Of a stretch of DNA of 64,000 nt, positions 46,612 to 55,678 are shown piece after piece (position 1 is the first letter of the stretch; every line of letters begins with the position of its first letter). The position numbers and the translations under genes were made by a program. Under the pieces are notes generated by a model. It ran no database searches, was not told the origin of the DNA, and saw only the letters and a list, made by a program, of their open reading frames with translations. This stretch comes from a virus (lineage: Duplodnaviria; Heunggongvirae; Uroviricota; Caudoviricetes): positions 17,241 through 81,240 of IMG/VR virus record IMGVR_UViG_3300028832_000098. One strand, written 5' to 3'.

Positions 46612-46724
46612 AACTACAATCTTTATTTGTTATAAATCACCTCTATCATCGTCCCAGTCGGAATATATGTCATATGCCGCTCCGACTAAAAATCCGATTA
46701 ACAATATTATTAAACATATAATAA

Positions 46725-47231
46725 CTAATCAATCATAAAGTAATCTTTAACCAAATCTTCGTTTTCTTCGAGGAACAAATTACATTGTCCAAGCGTACGA
46801 AATGCAAGGAAATAATAGCGAGTCCAATACTTAAACACTTCTATTTTATTATTTGAGCGTACAATCACGTATTTATCAACATCATCGTCTTCCCACTCCT
46901 TATCAGTAATAATACCTCCAAACCTATTGTCATTTGCCATTATCTGGCTAATCTGCGCCATAGCGAGCGCTGACTTTGCTATCTTCTCCGTAGCGAATAT
47001 ACCATGTCCGCCACATCCCTTCGTGCTGACAGCGCCAGTAGCCTCTATTCCTCCGAAGCCGCCTATGGTGAATCCATTTAACTTACTTACGGTATCTCTC
47101 CACCTGTTTCTAATCCGTTTGAGCTTAATACATTCAAACGTGCTATTCTCTCTATCTATTTCGTATCCTTCAGGAATATCGGTTTTCAACTCGATAGTTT
47201 CTTGTAAATTCTTTGTGTTTTCCATAATCAT
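46725..47231 (-). CDS. hypothetical protein, paralog of 31394-31921
   Basis: Shared motifs. Confidence 0.8.
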   Translation of the reverse strand: MIMENTKNLQETIELKTDIPEGYEIDRENSTFECIKLKRIRNRWRDTVSKLNGFTIGGFGGIEATGAVSTKGCGGHGIFATEKIAKSALAMAQISQIMANDNRFGGIITDKEWEDDDVDKYVIVRSNNKIEVFKYWTRYYFLAFRTLGQCNLFLEENEDLVKDYFMID

Positions 47232-47782
47232 AAAAGTTTAGTTAAGCAATACTTGAAAGCGACCTCATAGGCATCACATTTATCCTCATAGAATTCGAAG
47301 CTATATGGCTTTCCGCCTTTCACTATAATATTCGGTTGGTAGGCGTTGACATCACGCATCTTCTCATGGACTGTGTTCATAAAAACAAAGATATGATGCT
47401 TTATAAACAGCCAGATACCAACTTCAAGATAAGTAGGCGCGGAATAAAAGTTTTCATTATTGCCGTTCCAGTCGCATAATTCGATGTCTTCTGCCTTCAA
47501 TTCATTATAGTTGTTATTCCAATGTATGTAATAAGCGTTTTCTTTTTCGTGGAAAAACTTTATTTTCAGAAGACGAGCAAGCTCGAAGCTGACTCTCTTT
47601 GTGTTATCTTCACCTGCATTCGCTCTTAATATCGCCTGCAATGTCTTTTCGTTCATCATAGGCAATAATGACCTTTCAAGAACTTGATTCTCGACATAAT
47701 CTTTTTCAAAAATTTCAGACATTTTATTTTTGCCTGTATTTTTGATGTTCTTTTCTTCAGCTGTTCTAATAGACATTGTCAT
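47228..47782 (-). CDS. paralog family B protein with N-terminal extension
   Basis: VSFELARLLK..SAPT....WL..YCLTKLL; start uncertain. Confidence 0.8.
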   Translation of the reverse strand: MTMSIRTAEEKNIKNTGKNKMSEIFEKDYVENQVLERSLLPMMNEKTLQAILRANAGEDNTKRVSFELARLLKIKFFHEKENAYYIHWNNNYNELKAEDIELCDWNGNNENFYSAPTYLEVGIWLFIKHHIFVFMNTVHEKMRDVNAYQPNIIVKGGKPYSFEFYEDKCDAYEVAFKYCLTKLL

Positions 47783-48471
47783 ATCTCATCAATTTTTTCC
47801 GTCAAATCATTAAGAGTGATTCTTATCTCAGTATATTTCTTAAGATTTCTGCTTGCGTCAGGCGTACCGCCTATGCAGTCATCAGGAATATCAAGATTTA
47901 CCAACGACGTAATTTCCTTAACCTTCTTTATAAGCAGAGATGTCGAATTAGGCTGCTTGCCGCACTGTAGTGAATCAGAAAGTTGATGTATCAGTTTTCC
48001 AGAAACTTCATCAGAACTTATGTCCTCTAAATCTTCGGAATCATCATATCCTTCTAATTTTGCGTCAGCAGCTTCTCTGTCTATTTCGTCAAGTCTTGAC
48101 TCTATATCTTGTATGCCGTAGTCGACCTCAACCCTTTTATTATACGTCGTTACAATTGTCAGTGCCTTTTGGAAAACATCACTACCTTTGATATTATATG
48201 TCGAAAAGGCACAGAGGCATTCATTTATCGATGTCCAAGCACAAAAGCTCTCATTCATGTCTTTTTTGTCAACACGATAGCAAGAACCTTCTGTATCCTG
48301 AATACGTAACCATGTATTGTATTTTTCTCTTACAGCATCAATTTTATCAATAATGACTGCTCCCTTTTTCTTTATTTGCCATCCGTAAGTATCTCTTTCA
48401 AATACCCAATGGTATAGGATGTCATTCTTGACAAGCTTCTTAAACGTTTTCTCTGTCTTCTTTGTTTTCAT
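47779..48471 (-). CDS. hypothetical protein
   Basis: 230 aa ORF. Confidence 0.7.
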   Translation of the reverse strand: MKTKKTEKTFKKLVKNDILYHWVFERDTYGWQIKKKGAVIIDKIDAVREKYNTWLRIQDTEGSCYRVDKKDMNESFCAWTSINECLCAFSTYNIKGSDVFQKALTIVTTYNKRVEVDYGIQDIESRLDEIDREAADAKLEGYDDSEDLEDISSDEVSGKLIHQLSDSLQCGKQPNSTSLLIKKVKEITSLVNLDIPDDCIGGTPDASRNLKKYTEIRITLNDLTEKIDEI

Positions 48472-48504
48472 GCCTAAATTATTTTTATGAATTAAGCCAT
48501 AATA

Positions 48505-48687
48505 TCAGTTAAGTTCTACTCTTTGATATGTCGCCTCTGACTCATTATGGATATTCCAGTCATCACAAAATCTGACTGCATCTATCTCTGAAAAGAATGC
48601 CGCCTCTACATGGACTTCCGGGAAATATGTCCGTTGATATTTGCCGAAAGTTGTCACTAACACTACAAAAACAAAATCTCTTTTCAT
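48505..48687 (-). CDS. hypothetical protein
   Basis: 60 aa ORF. Confidence 0.6.
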   Translation of the reverse strand: MKRDFVFVVLVTTFGKYQRTYFPEVHVEAAFFSEIDAVRFCDDWNIHNESEATYQRVELN

Positions 48688-48692
48688 AATTC

Positions 48693-49043
48693 TTATCTTT
48701 TATTTCCTGCTTTGAATTCCGGTTTCTTCTTGAACTTCCACCATTCTCTTCCGTCATAGTCATCTCTTTCAAACCATGTACCGTCATTCATAACGATATA
48801 ACCTTGTACATATTGCTTCCCGTAATCGTTATCATACTCGAAATTGACGTTTTTTAAGAACTCCTCATATTCTGCATAGCTATAATTCGGTATAAGGGAA
48901 ATATAGCGTTCTTCGTCTTCATCAGAAGTATATGTCTCCCATATCTCCGCATAGGCAATGTCAGTCGGAAGCTTGCCATTTCTTGAAAGTGTCAACAGAA
49001 TTTCATCTTTCAGATTCATAAGTTCGTCATCTTCACAGAACAT
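48693..49043 (-). CDS. phage hypothetical protein (YD..YG.Q...G...DGTW.ER..YDG.EWW type)
   Basis: 116 aa ORF with a recognisable motif. Confidence 0.75.
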   Translation of the reverse strand: MFCEDDELMNLKDEILLTLSRNGKLPTDIAYAEIWETYTSDEDEERYISLIPNYSYAEYEEFLKNVNFEYDNDYGKQYVQGYIVMNDGTWFERDDYDGREWWKFKKKPEFKAGNKR

Positions 49044-49060
49044 ATCTTTTGTAATTTATG

Positions 49061-49294
49061 TTAACAACTTAGGTCACAAGGTCTTGCACCGCACTCATCA
49101 CATACAACAGGTGAATAGTTACATCCGCAGACGCAGCTGCCACCAGATGTTGCACGGCCGCATTCCGGACAAATTCCGTCCATTTCTCCGAAAGAATCTT
49201 TCCAAGGGTCACAGCATCCGTAAATATCTTCAAGAGTCTCGTCATAGACTTTACGGCGTTCTTCCACCGTCATTTCTTCAAATTTCTTTTCCAT
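49061..49294 (-). CDS. Cys-rich small protein
   Basis: CPEC..C..GCNYSP..C..CG..PCD.SC. Confidence 0.75.
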   Translation of the reverse strand: MEKKFEEMTVEERRKVYDETLEDIYGCCDPWKDSFGEMDGICPECGRATSGGSCVCGCNYSPVVCDECGARPCDLSC

Positions 49295-49310
49295 AAGCTT
49301 ATTATTTTAG

Positions 49311-49964
49311 TTATTGTATCCTTACAGCGTGGAATCCGAAGATATACCCTTGAAAGTCTTTAGGAAACACACAGTCGTCGAAGTATTCACAGCCTTCTAT
49401 GATTTTCTTATACTTACCGATATACTCGCCATTCTTATGAGGCCTGAATCCTCCCCACTGTCCAGCATTCTCCGGATGATGGAAAATCGGATACATCCAG
49501 ATGACGAATACCTTGGACTTGTGGTTAATAAATTTCTTCAGGTATTTCTTCGCCTGCTCGACGTTGTCACAAAGGCCGTAAGCTGTACCAAGGTATTCCT
49601 CATTCTTTTTCATGCCGGCATGAGGATTGTCTTTCGTAGGCCTTTCGAAATATTCCATTTCTTTAAAGCTCCACCAGAAACCTTGTTCAAGGTCCCTTGT
49701 CTGGTCAAACGCATAACTTGGAAAATTCCCGTCATATCCAATGTACACGCCTTCACATGGATGGAACTCGTTGAATTCGCTCTGCTCCAACACCCAAGGC
49801 ATATCGAGTTTCCTCACATCATAATCTGGGAAACCGGAATCTTTCCTGATTTTTTCTTCCGTATCAAGGAGGCTCTTCATAAGCTCCTCGCTTGTTGTTA
49901 ATGTTCCTAACATAGTCTTATGTTTTTCTGAATTACTTATTACGATACAACTATCTTTAATCAA
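49311..49964 (-). CDS. phage hypothetical protein (YG.CD..EQ...GGFR.HK.G.YIG type)
   Basis: 217 aa ORF. Confidence 0.75.
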   Translation of the reverse strand: MIKDSCIVISNSEKHKTMLGTLTTSEELMKSLLDTEEKIRKDSGFPDYDVRKLDMPWVLEQSEFNEFHPCEGVYIGYDGNFPSYAFDQTRDLEQGFWWSFKEMEYFERPTKDNPHAGMKKNEEYLGTAYGLCDNVEQAKKYLKKFINHKSKVFVIWMYPIFHHPENAGQWGGFRPHKNGEYIGKYKKIIEGCEYFDDCVFPKDFQGYIFGFHAVRIQ

Positions 49965-50227
49965 TGTTCTTTCTCTTCTTGAACATGAGCTTTTATATTC
50001 GTATCTTCAATTTTAACTTCTTCCCAATGTAGTGCGATACGATAACCCATAAGGTCAAGACGAAAAGTTTGGTGAACGACACCGCAAACAACGTAAAATA
50101 TATTATGCGGATTTTCGTAGTTATATTTTGAAGGAACAATATCTGCACCTCTTTTTACGAGTTCTTCTTTAATTAACTCTCCGCATTTCTTCTTGCCTCA
50201 GATGTACCAATTATGACTTGTTTCCAT
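49961..50227 (-). pseudogene. 88-codon gene interrupted by an in-frame TGA at codon 10 (50198-50200)
   Basis: METSHNWYI*GKKKCGELIKEELVKRGA...; downstream of a promoter motif; its stop overlaps the next start. Confidence 0.7.
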
Positions 50228-50266
50228 TTTAACATTTTATTTTAATAGTTTAACACAATCTTATTT

Positions 50267-50285
50267 TTATATAAAAAACAACGTT
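50267..50285 (-). promoter_or_regulatory. putative middle promoter motif, copy 9
   Basis: ttatataaaaaacaacgtt on plus strand. Confidence 0.75.
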
Positions 50286-51595
50286 TATTCCACAGCCTTT
50301 ATGTTTATCTTTGATTTCACGACATATAAGATGTCACATGTTTCAGTGATGAGGTCCTTTATCTCCTGAGTATCCTTATAAGCCTGAGGCGACTCGTCAA
50401 GAGTTCCTTCGCATACTGTCGTCGAATAGACTCCCTTCATAGATTCCTTGAAATCAGACATAGAAACCTCTCTTTTCGCTTGCGACCTCGACATCCTACG
50501 TCCTGCTCCGTGCGAGCAGGAATTCAGCCATTCGCCGTTTTCCTTTCCGACACATACCGCAACACCGTCCCTCATATTAAAGGGTACAAGAATCTTTATG
50601 CCTTTATAAGCAGATATTGCAGACTTCCTGAGGACATGGTCATTAAGGTCTATATAATTATGGGTTGTCTTGACAACTTCAGTCACCTTGATTCCATATT
50701 TGTTCAATATGCCGGCAATTATGTCTCCCGTAATCTTATGGTTGTATGCAGCGTACATCTGTGCGAAACACATATCCATAAGATAGCCTTTAAGATTCTC
50801 TCCAGTAAGGTATCCTGTTATGTGATTCTTCATAATGGATTCCTGATATTCCGAAAGGACGTTCTTAAATTCAGACATATCTTTATGGCTTGACTTGTAT
50901 TCATCTTTGAATTTATTCACAAGCTCCTTCATTTTCTGCTTAGGATACGGCGTAATCGTTTTCGACATCCAGTATTTGCATACCTTTACGCCGAAATTCC
51001 TTGAACCGAAATGAAGCGTCACCCCGGAATGTTTCTTATCCTCCGTCTCGCCATATTCGATAAAGTGGTTTCCACCTCCGACAGTCCCTATCGAATGATA
51101 GAAAACAGCTGGGTCCATATTAAGGCGTTTAAGTTGTTCGATAACCCATTTCTCGCTGACGACCTCAGGTAATCCAGAAAGCATTTCAGGCCAGCGGTTC
51201 TTATAAACGCAAAAAGCCTTTGTAAGATATTTGTAGAAATCTTTCTCATCGAAGATTGTCTTGTTGTGGATATTCATACCGAACGGTATCTGGGTCTTAA
51301 CCTTATGTTCGAAATCAGCATACTTGTCATCAGGCAGACACTTGTCAAGCACAAGCATAGAAATGCTGCAACCTATGTCGACGCCTATATGTTCTGGGCA
51401 TACATAGTCTCCGATAGTCGCCACAAGCCCACAAGGACCAGATGCGCCGACATGTACGTCAGGCATACAGGCAACTTTCTGCCCAGCAAACGCTCTACAG
51501 TTGATAATATCATAAACCTGCTGGTATACTCCTTCTTCTACGGTTTCAGCGAAGATTTTCGCAGTAGCATATTTTCCTTTAAGTTCTATCATCAC
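50285..51595 (-). CDS. rtcB: RNA ligase RtcB
   Basis: MPDVH, GVDIGC, GT.GGGNHF.E, HFGSRN.G, HNY, SHGAGR, DE.PQAYK. Confidence 0.95.
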   Translation of the reverse strand: MMIELKGKYATAKIFAETVEEGVYQQVYDIINCRAFAGQKVACMPDVHVGASGPCGLVATIGDYVCPEHIGVDIGCSISMLVLDKCLPDDKYADFEHKVKTQIPFGMNIHNKTIFDEKDFYKYLTKAFCVYKNRWPEMLSGLPEVVSEKWVIEQLKRLNMDPAVFYHSIGTVGGGNHFIEYGETEDKKHSGVTLHFGSRNFGVKVCKYWMSKTITPYPKQKMKELVNKFKDEYKSSHKDMSEFKNVLSEYQESIMKNHITGYLTGENLKGYLMDMCFAQMYAAYNHKITGDIIAGILNKYGIKVTEVVKTTHNYIDLNDHVLRKSAISAYKGIKILVPFNMRDGVAVCVGKENGEWLNSCSHGAGRRMSRSQAKREVSMSDFKESMKGVYSTTVCEGTLDESPQAYKDTQEIKDLITETCDILYVVKSKINIKAVE

Positions 51596-51619
51596 TAATA
51601 AATTTAAGATAATAAGTAA

Positions 51620-51848
51620 TTATTTTCCTGTATTTAGAAGACTTTCAATGTATTCAAAACCGAGACAAGCTCCTATTAGATAATAAGCTCTGTCAAGGTT
51701 TAAGCCTGTTTTATAAATATATTCAAGCAAGTCTTCACTTTCGAAGTGTCTTCTTTTCCATGCTTTATCTTCAATAAAAAAGCATCACTGTTTCTTGTTG
51801 TTCCTTTGTAAGAATTTTATTCAGTGTCACAAGTTTCGATGTTCCCAT
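51620..51848 (-). pseudogene. 75-aa gene with a +1 frameshift in a T6 run (51776-51781)
   Basis: Removing one base gives MGTSKLVTLNKILTKEQQETVMLFIEDKAWKRRHF...; first gene after composite promoter copy 2. Confidence 0.65.
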
Positions 51849-51888
51849 AATTTTACTTAAGTTTAAGTTTTGAATTGTTTTGACTCAA

Positions 51889-51968
51889 CAAATATAATAC
51901 AGGAATTTACATTTTTAACAAAAAATGTTAAATATTTTTGATTATTTTTTGAATTGTATTGATTATCA
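51889..51968 (-). promoter_or_regulatory. composite host-sigma promoter, copy 2
   Basis: Plus strand: caaatata 51889-51896, ttaacaaaaaatgttaa 51915-51931, tgattatca 51960-51968. Confidence 0.8.
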
Positions 51969-52325
51969 GCTATTTAAAATTTTAATAATCAATTCAACTT
52001 TAAACAATTTCAAAAGATGTTGAAGCTCGTGGACATATTCGCATTTGAACCACGCGTACTTGGTTTTGAGTGTGTCCCCAATAATGCTTACTTCAAGATA
52101 ATGGCTATACGGCGACCATTGCAATACGAAATGTTCCGTAGGCAATAGTAAGTATCTGCCCATATTCTGGAATCCGTTAATTTCAAGAATGTTTCCAGTC
52201 AGCGGCAAAAATAAAAAATCCATTGTCAGAACTCCATCAAGTTCTTGATACATCGTAATCTGATGAGGTCGTCCAGAGTTTTTCATCTGAACCCAGTCTC
52301 CTATCATCAATAATTTCGAGCTCAT
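51966..52325 (-). CDS. phage hypothetical protein (LMIGDWV...YVHELQH type)
   Basis: Paralog of 52329-52799. Confidence 0.75.
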   Translation of the reverse strand: MSSKLLMIGDWVQMKNSGRPHQITMYQELDGVLTMDFLFLPLTGNILEINGFQNMGRYLLLPTEHFVLQWSPYSHYLEVSIIGDTLKTKYAWFKCEYVHELQHLLKLFKVELIIKILNS

Positions 52326-52328
52326 AAC

Positions 52329-52799
52329 TTATATTTTTATATTGTCAGCTTCTTGGATAAATCCAACGTCTCGAAGAATATGCTGGAATTCGTGAACATA
52401 ATTTATTGTAATGTCGGCGCAGCCTATCGATGTCGTCAGCTTGCCGTCAGACAAGGTTCCAAGTACCTTCCCGTTAACTATCACGTCGCAGAAAAGCATA
52501 AACCTGTCTATCTGACAGTTGTCTCTTACGAACTTTTCCGTTATAGGAAAGTACTCGATGTCATCATCATCTGAATCATTGAGGTGCACCGCGGAATCCC
52601 TCTTCACTCTTTCCCATTTCTTTTCATCGCGGTTATAGGCTACACTGTGTCTGAACTCTATTTTGTCATCGCTTACACCCTTCACCTGTATAGGTATGTT
52701 TCCGCAGCTCTTGCCGCTGCTTACATAATCATTCGGCTGTAAATTCTGTAGTAAATTCTTCATGCCCTTAAATTTTCTAATTATTCGAATCTTTGTCAA
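52329..52799 (-). CDS. phage hypothetical protein (YVHEFQH type)
   Basis: Paralog of 51966-52325. Confidence 0.75.
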   Translation of the reverse strand: MTKIRIIRKFKGMKNLLQNLQPNDYVSSGKSCGNIPIQVKGVSDDKIEFRHSVAYNRDEKKWERVKRDSAVHLNDSDDDDIEYFPITEKFVRDNCQIDRFMLFCDVIVNGKVLGTLSDGKLTTSIGCADITINYVHEFQHILRDVGFIQEADNIKI

Positions 52800-52959
52800 T
52801 AATGTCTACAAGCTTACCATACAATTTCGCTATAAGCCAACTGCTTGCTATAAGTCCTGCCATATAAAGCAATAGCGATACTGGAGCAACAAACTTTACA
52901 AGCATCCCTCCCAAAATCAATGAGAGTCCTAATACCATAACTAATAATCCTGTTTTCAT
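52777..52959 (-). CDS. small two-TM membrane protein
   Basis: Two hydrophobic helices. Confidence 0.6.
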   Translation of the reverse strand: MKTGLLVMVLGLSLILGGMLVKFVAPVSLLLYMAGLIASSWLIAKLYGKLVDIIDKDSNN

Positions 52960-53324
52960 TGTCTATCTTTTTTATCTGTTTTACCTTTCTTATCTTTCTG
53001 AGTATCTTTCAGAAATCCTTTCAGCTGTTGAAGTCTCTCAGAGCGCAGCTTCTGTTCTTTCTTAAATTCTATGAACTTATCGAGTATCTCATCGGAATAT
53101 AAGGCACCAATCGGAAAACCGATACTTTCTATTCTTCCAGAAATTATCGAGAATATATGCTCATAGAGCTTGATTTCGTCGCAACTGGAGACTCTTATAT
53201 CAATTCCTGCAGATTTTGATTTCTTAATTATTTCGAGGCCTCTGGCGCAAAATTTCGCATTCAGCTTACTCCTTTCTTCCAGGAATGCCTCGACACGTTC
53301 CTTTGTCAATCCTTTTACATCCAT
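52956..53324 (-). CDS. paralog family G protein
   Basis: KGLTKE..PIGALYSDE. Confidence 0.8.
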   Translation of the reverse strand: MDVKGLTKERVEAFLEERSKLNAKFCARGLEIIKKSKSAGIDIRVSSCDEIKLYEHIFSIISGRIESIGFPIGALYSDEILDKFIEFKKEQKLRSERLQQLKGFLKDTQKDKKGKTDKKDRQ

Positions 53325-53327
53325 AAC

Positions 53328-54077
53328 TTACTTATTTTCACTTTTACCATATTTTGCCTTTAGCCGTTCGTACTGAGCTCTTTCCCTTTTCTCCTGTGTA
53401 GCCTTACGCTTCTCTTCTATAGCTTTCTTGCGGCATTCCTCCTCTTCTTTTTCTTTTACAAGCCTGCTATAGTATTCGTCAAGTGCTTCATCAGAATATA
53501 GTGCATCTATCGGAAAGGGGATACTGTATCTCGTTTTGCTTTCTCCTCGGAAAGTAGTCTCTTCTTCTATGTGGAATGTATGGTTCCCGTTTATGGAAGC
53601 CTCATCAATGAATTCAACACAAATAATGCCGTTCGGCTTTACTTTGACATCGATTCCTTCAGGTGCCTTTCTGATAATCTCTTTACATCTTTTAATAATA
53701 AGCTCTTCAACACGGTCTTTCTCCTTTATGAGAGCAAGATGTCTTTCCTTCGTCAGCTTTCCTTCAGAAGTTCGTTCTTTTGTATTCTGAATTGCAGAAT
53801 TCCATGTTTCCACAAGCACGTCAGGCGTGTCGTAGAGACGGTTTCCCATAGGTATGCAATCTGCGTCGTCCTCGCTGTCAAATGAAATCGGACACTCTTT
53901 TACGACATCATGCCTTATACCGAATGCTATGCCAGACCACGTATCATTAAGATAGTCGGTATTTCTCGGATTACCTTCGTCGTCAGTTATGATGATTTTC
54001 GGCACAGTACCGCAGAAAGGACATGCGTGCAATTTCTTCATTGCATTGATTATGTCTTGTTTTGTATAAGTTTTCAT
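53328..54077 (-). CDS. Lar-like Zn-finger module fused to a family G domain
   Basis: LHACPFCG...ETWN followed by GKLTKE..PIDALYSDEAL..YERLKAKY. Confidence 0.7.
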   Translation of the reverse strand: MKTYTKQDIINAMKKLHACPFCGTVPKIIITDDEGNPRNTDYLNDTWSGIAFGIRHDVVKECPISFDSEDDADCIPMGNRLYDTPDVLVETWNSAIQNTKERTSEGKLTKERHLALIKEKDRVEELIIKRCKEIIRKAPEGIDVKVKPNGIICVEFIDEASINGNHTFHIEEETTFRGESKTRYSIPFPIDALYSDEALDEYYSRLVKEKEEEECRKKAIEEKRKATQEKRERAQYERLKAKYGKSENK

Positions 54078-54097
54078 ATCAGTATTATATTAAAATT

Positions 54098-54331
54098 TTA
54101 CCAAGTAATTTCCCATTCATCGTATGATGAAGCATGAAATTCAAAACCATCCTCTTCAAGTCTATCCTTCGTTTCATCAAGGCATACCCAATCTGGCTTG
54201 AAATCTGTGGCAAAAGACTCCTTGCCGACATAAATTCTATGTGCTCCTTTTTGCATTGCTTCCTTTATATGATTTTGAATAACATCATAATTATTTTTTA
54301 CATATTGCTGTAACATCTCTCCTTTTGTCAT
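54098..54331 (-). CDS. hypothetical protein
   Basis: 77 aa ORF. Confidence 0.65.
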   Translation of the reverse strand: MTKGEMLQQYVKNNYDVIQNHIKEAMQKGAHRIYVGKESFATDFKPDWVCLDETKDRLEEDGFEFHASSYDEWEITW

Positions 54332-54396
54332 GACTATCTTCTTTTTATTATGGTTTATTATTTTTATGATACACTAACCAATATCATCTCCTTTTC

Positions 54397-54867
54397 TCAG
54401 TTCGTTATCTTGTACATATAGTACAGCTCAAACAAGTCTTCTATGGAAGTCCAAGAACAACTCAATAGCTGGTTAGGATTGTCAGATGGTGAAGATGCAA
54501 GAAGCATTGTCTTCATATATTCTCTGCGGTCCTTATCAAGCAGGTAGTCAGACTCAAACACCTCTTTGATGAGCTCCTTGTGACATTCTATAACTTTTTC
54601 AAAGTTTTCTTTGTCAAAGACATAGTATGACGTATCTGTACGTTCTGCTGGCGGTATGTCTAAGAACAATTTCTTTGCATATCCCTTTTTGTCTGCTTCA
54701 AACACTGCTCCTATTGCAACTTCTGAATTAAGCTTCGTCAAATGAAGATTCTTTTCTATAAAATCTCCAACATACTCATACTCCTCCTGTATCTTGGAAT
54801 AACTTGTTTCAAGACATTTCTCCCATTCCTGTTTCAGAATGTTGTAAAAGTAATTTCTTGTACTCAT
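54397..54867 (-). CDS. hypothetical protein, paralog of 26237-26728
   Basis: Shared terminal motifs. Confidence 0.7.
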   Translation of the reverse strand: MSTRNYFYNILKQEWEKCLETSYSKIQEEYEYVGDFIEKNLHLTKLNSEVAIGAVFEADKKGYAKKLFLDIPPAERTDTSYYVFDKENFEKVIECHKELIKEVFESDYLLDKDRREYMKTMLLASSPSDNPNQLLSCSWTSIEDLFELYYMYKITN

Positions 54868-54879
54868 AACTATTCATCC

Positions 54880-55053
54880 TTAATTCTCACGCCAATTTGT
54901 TATATAAATACCGACCCTACCCTCCCTGACCATGAACTTATCAATGGGATAGCAACTAATATCACCAATGCTATCTTCAATAGCTATAAATACCTCCTTG
55001 TCGGTATCCATTGCCTTTATTTCCTCAATAAACTTTCCAATAATATTACGCAT
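54880..55053 (-). CDS. small hypothetical protein (57 aa, not in ORF track)
   Basis: MRNIIGKFIEEIKAMDTDKEVFIAIED... Confidence 0.55.
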   Translation of the reverse strand: MRNIIGKFIEEIKAMDTDKEVFIAIEDSIGDISCYPIDKFMVREGRVGIYITNWREN

Positions 55054-55069
55054 TCATCCTTTGCCATAA

Positions 55070-55543
55070 CTATTTTCCTTCAAATTTTGTCTTTAGTCTT
55101 TCGTACTCTTCTCTTTCTTTTGCTTCTTTTGCGGCTTCAGCTGCTTCTTTTGCTTTTTTCTCCTCTGCAACAACTGCTTCTTTCTCTTCTACGAGCTTTT
55201 TGAAGAACTTTTCAAGAGCCGTATCGGAATACAATGTGTCAATAGGAAACTTGATACTGACTTTCCTGTCGTCTGCATAACGACAAGGGATGCGCTCACT
55301 GATGTAGAATTTGCAATACTTCTCCCTATCTTCTTTAGAATCCTCTTTAGAATATTCAAACATATCTTCGAAAGAAACATAATAGTCGTCGGCATAGACT
55401 TGGTCACATTTCTTAACTCCGATGTCAATACCTTCTGGGACTTTTGACACTATCTCTTTCCCTCTTTCAATAATAAGCTTTTTGACTGTCTTAACTTCTT
55501 CTATAGAAGCTATGTGTCTTTCTTTTGTAAGTCCTTCTACCAT
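55070..55543 (-). CDS. paralog family G protein
   Basis: EGLTKE..PIDTLYSD.AL..EYERLK.KFEGK. Confidence 0.8.
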   Translation of the reverse strand: MVEGLTKERHIASIEEVKTVKKLIIERGKEIVSKVPEGIDIGVKKCDQVYADDYYVSFEDMFEYSKEDSKEDREKYCKFYISERIPCRYADDRKVSIKFPIDTLYSDTALEKFFKKLVEEKEAVVAEEKKAKEAAEAAKEAKEREEYERLKTKFEGK

Positions 55544-55678
55544 AATATTCTATTTGTTTAATAATTCAATTTAGTTACCATACTTTCAGATATTTAGTTG
55601 TTCTGTTCCTTGTCCCAGGACCTTGTCCAAACCAAGGGCCGTGACTTCTTTCATCAACTACTGTATAGACATTGTCTT

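Noticed and set aside
47650-47781. TGA read-through extension of 47779-48471
   Set aside because: About 40 open codons follow, but they overlap the next gene and show no motif support
55600-55650. GC-rich stretch (ccttgtcccaggaccttgtccaaaccaagg) as a structured RNA
   Set aside because: It is explained by an open coding frame (GPWFGQGPG) and forms no convincing long stem
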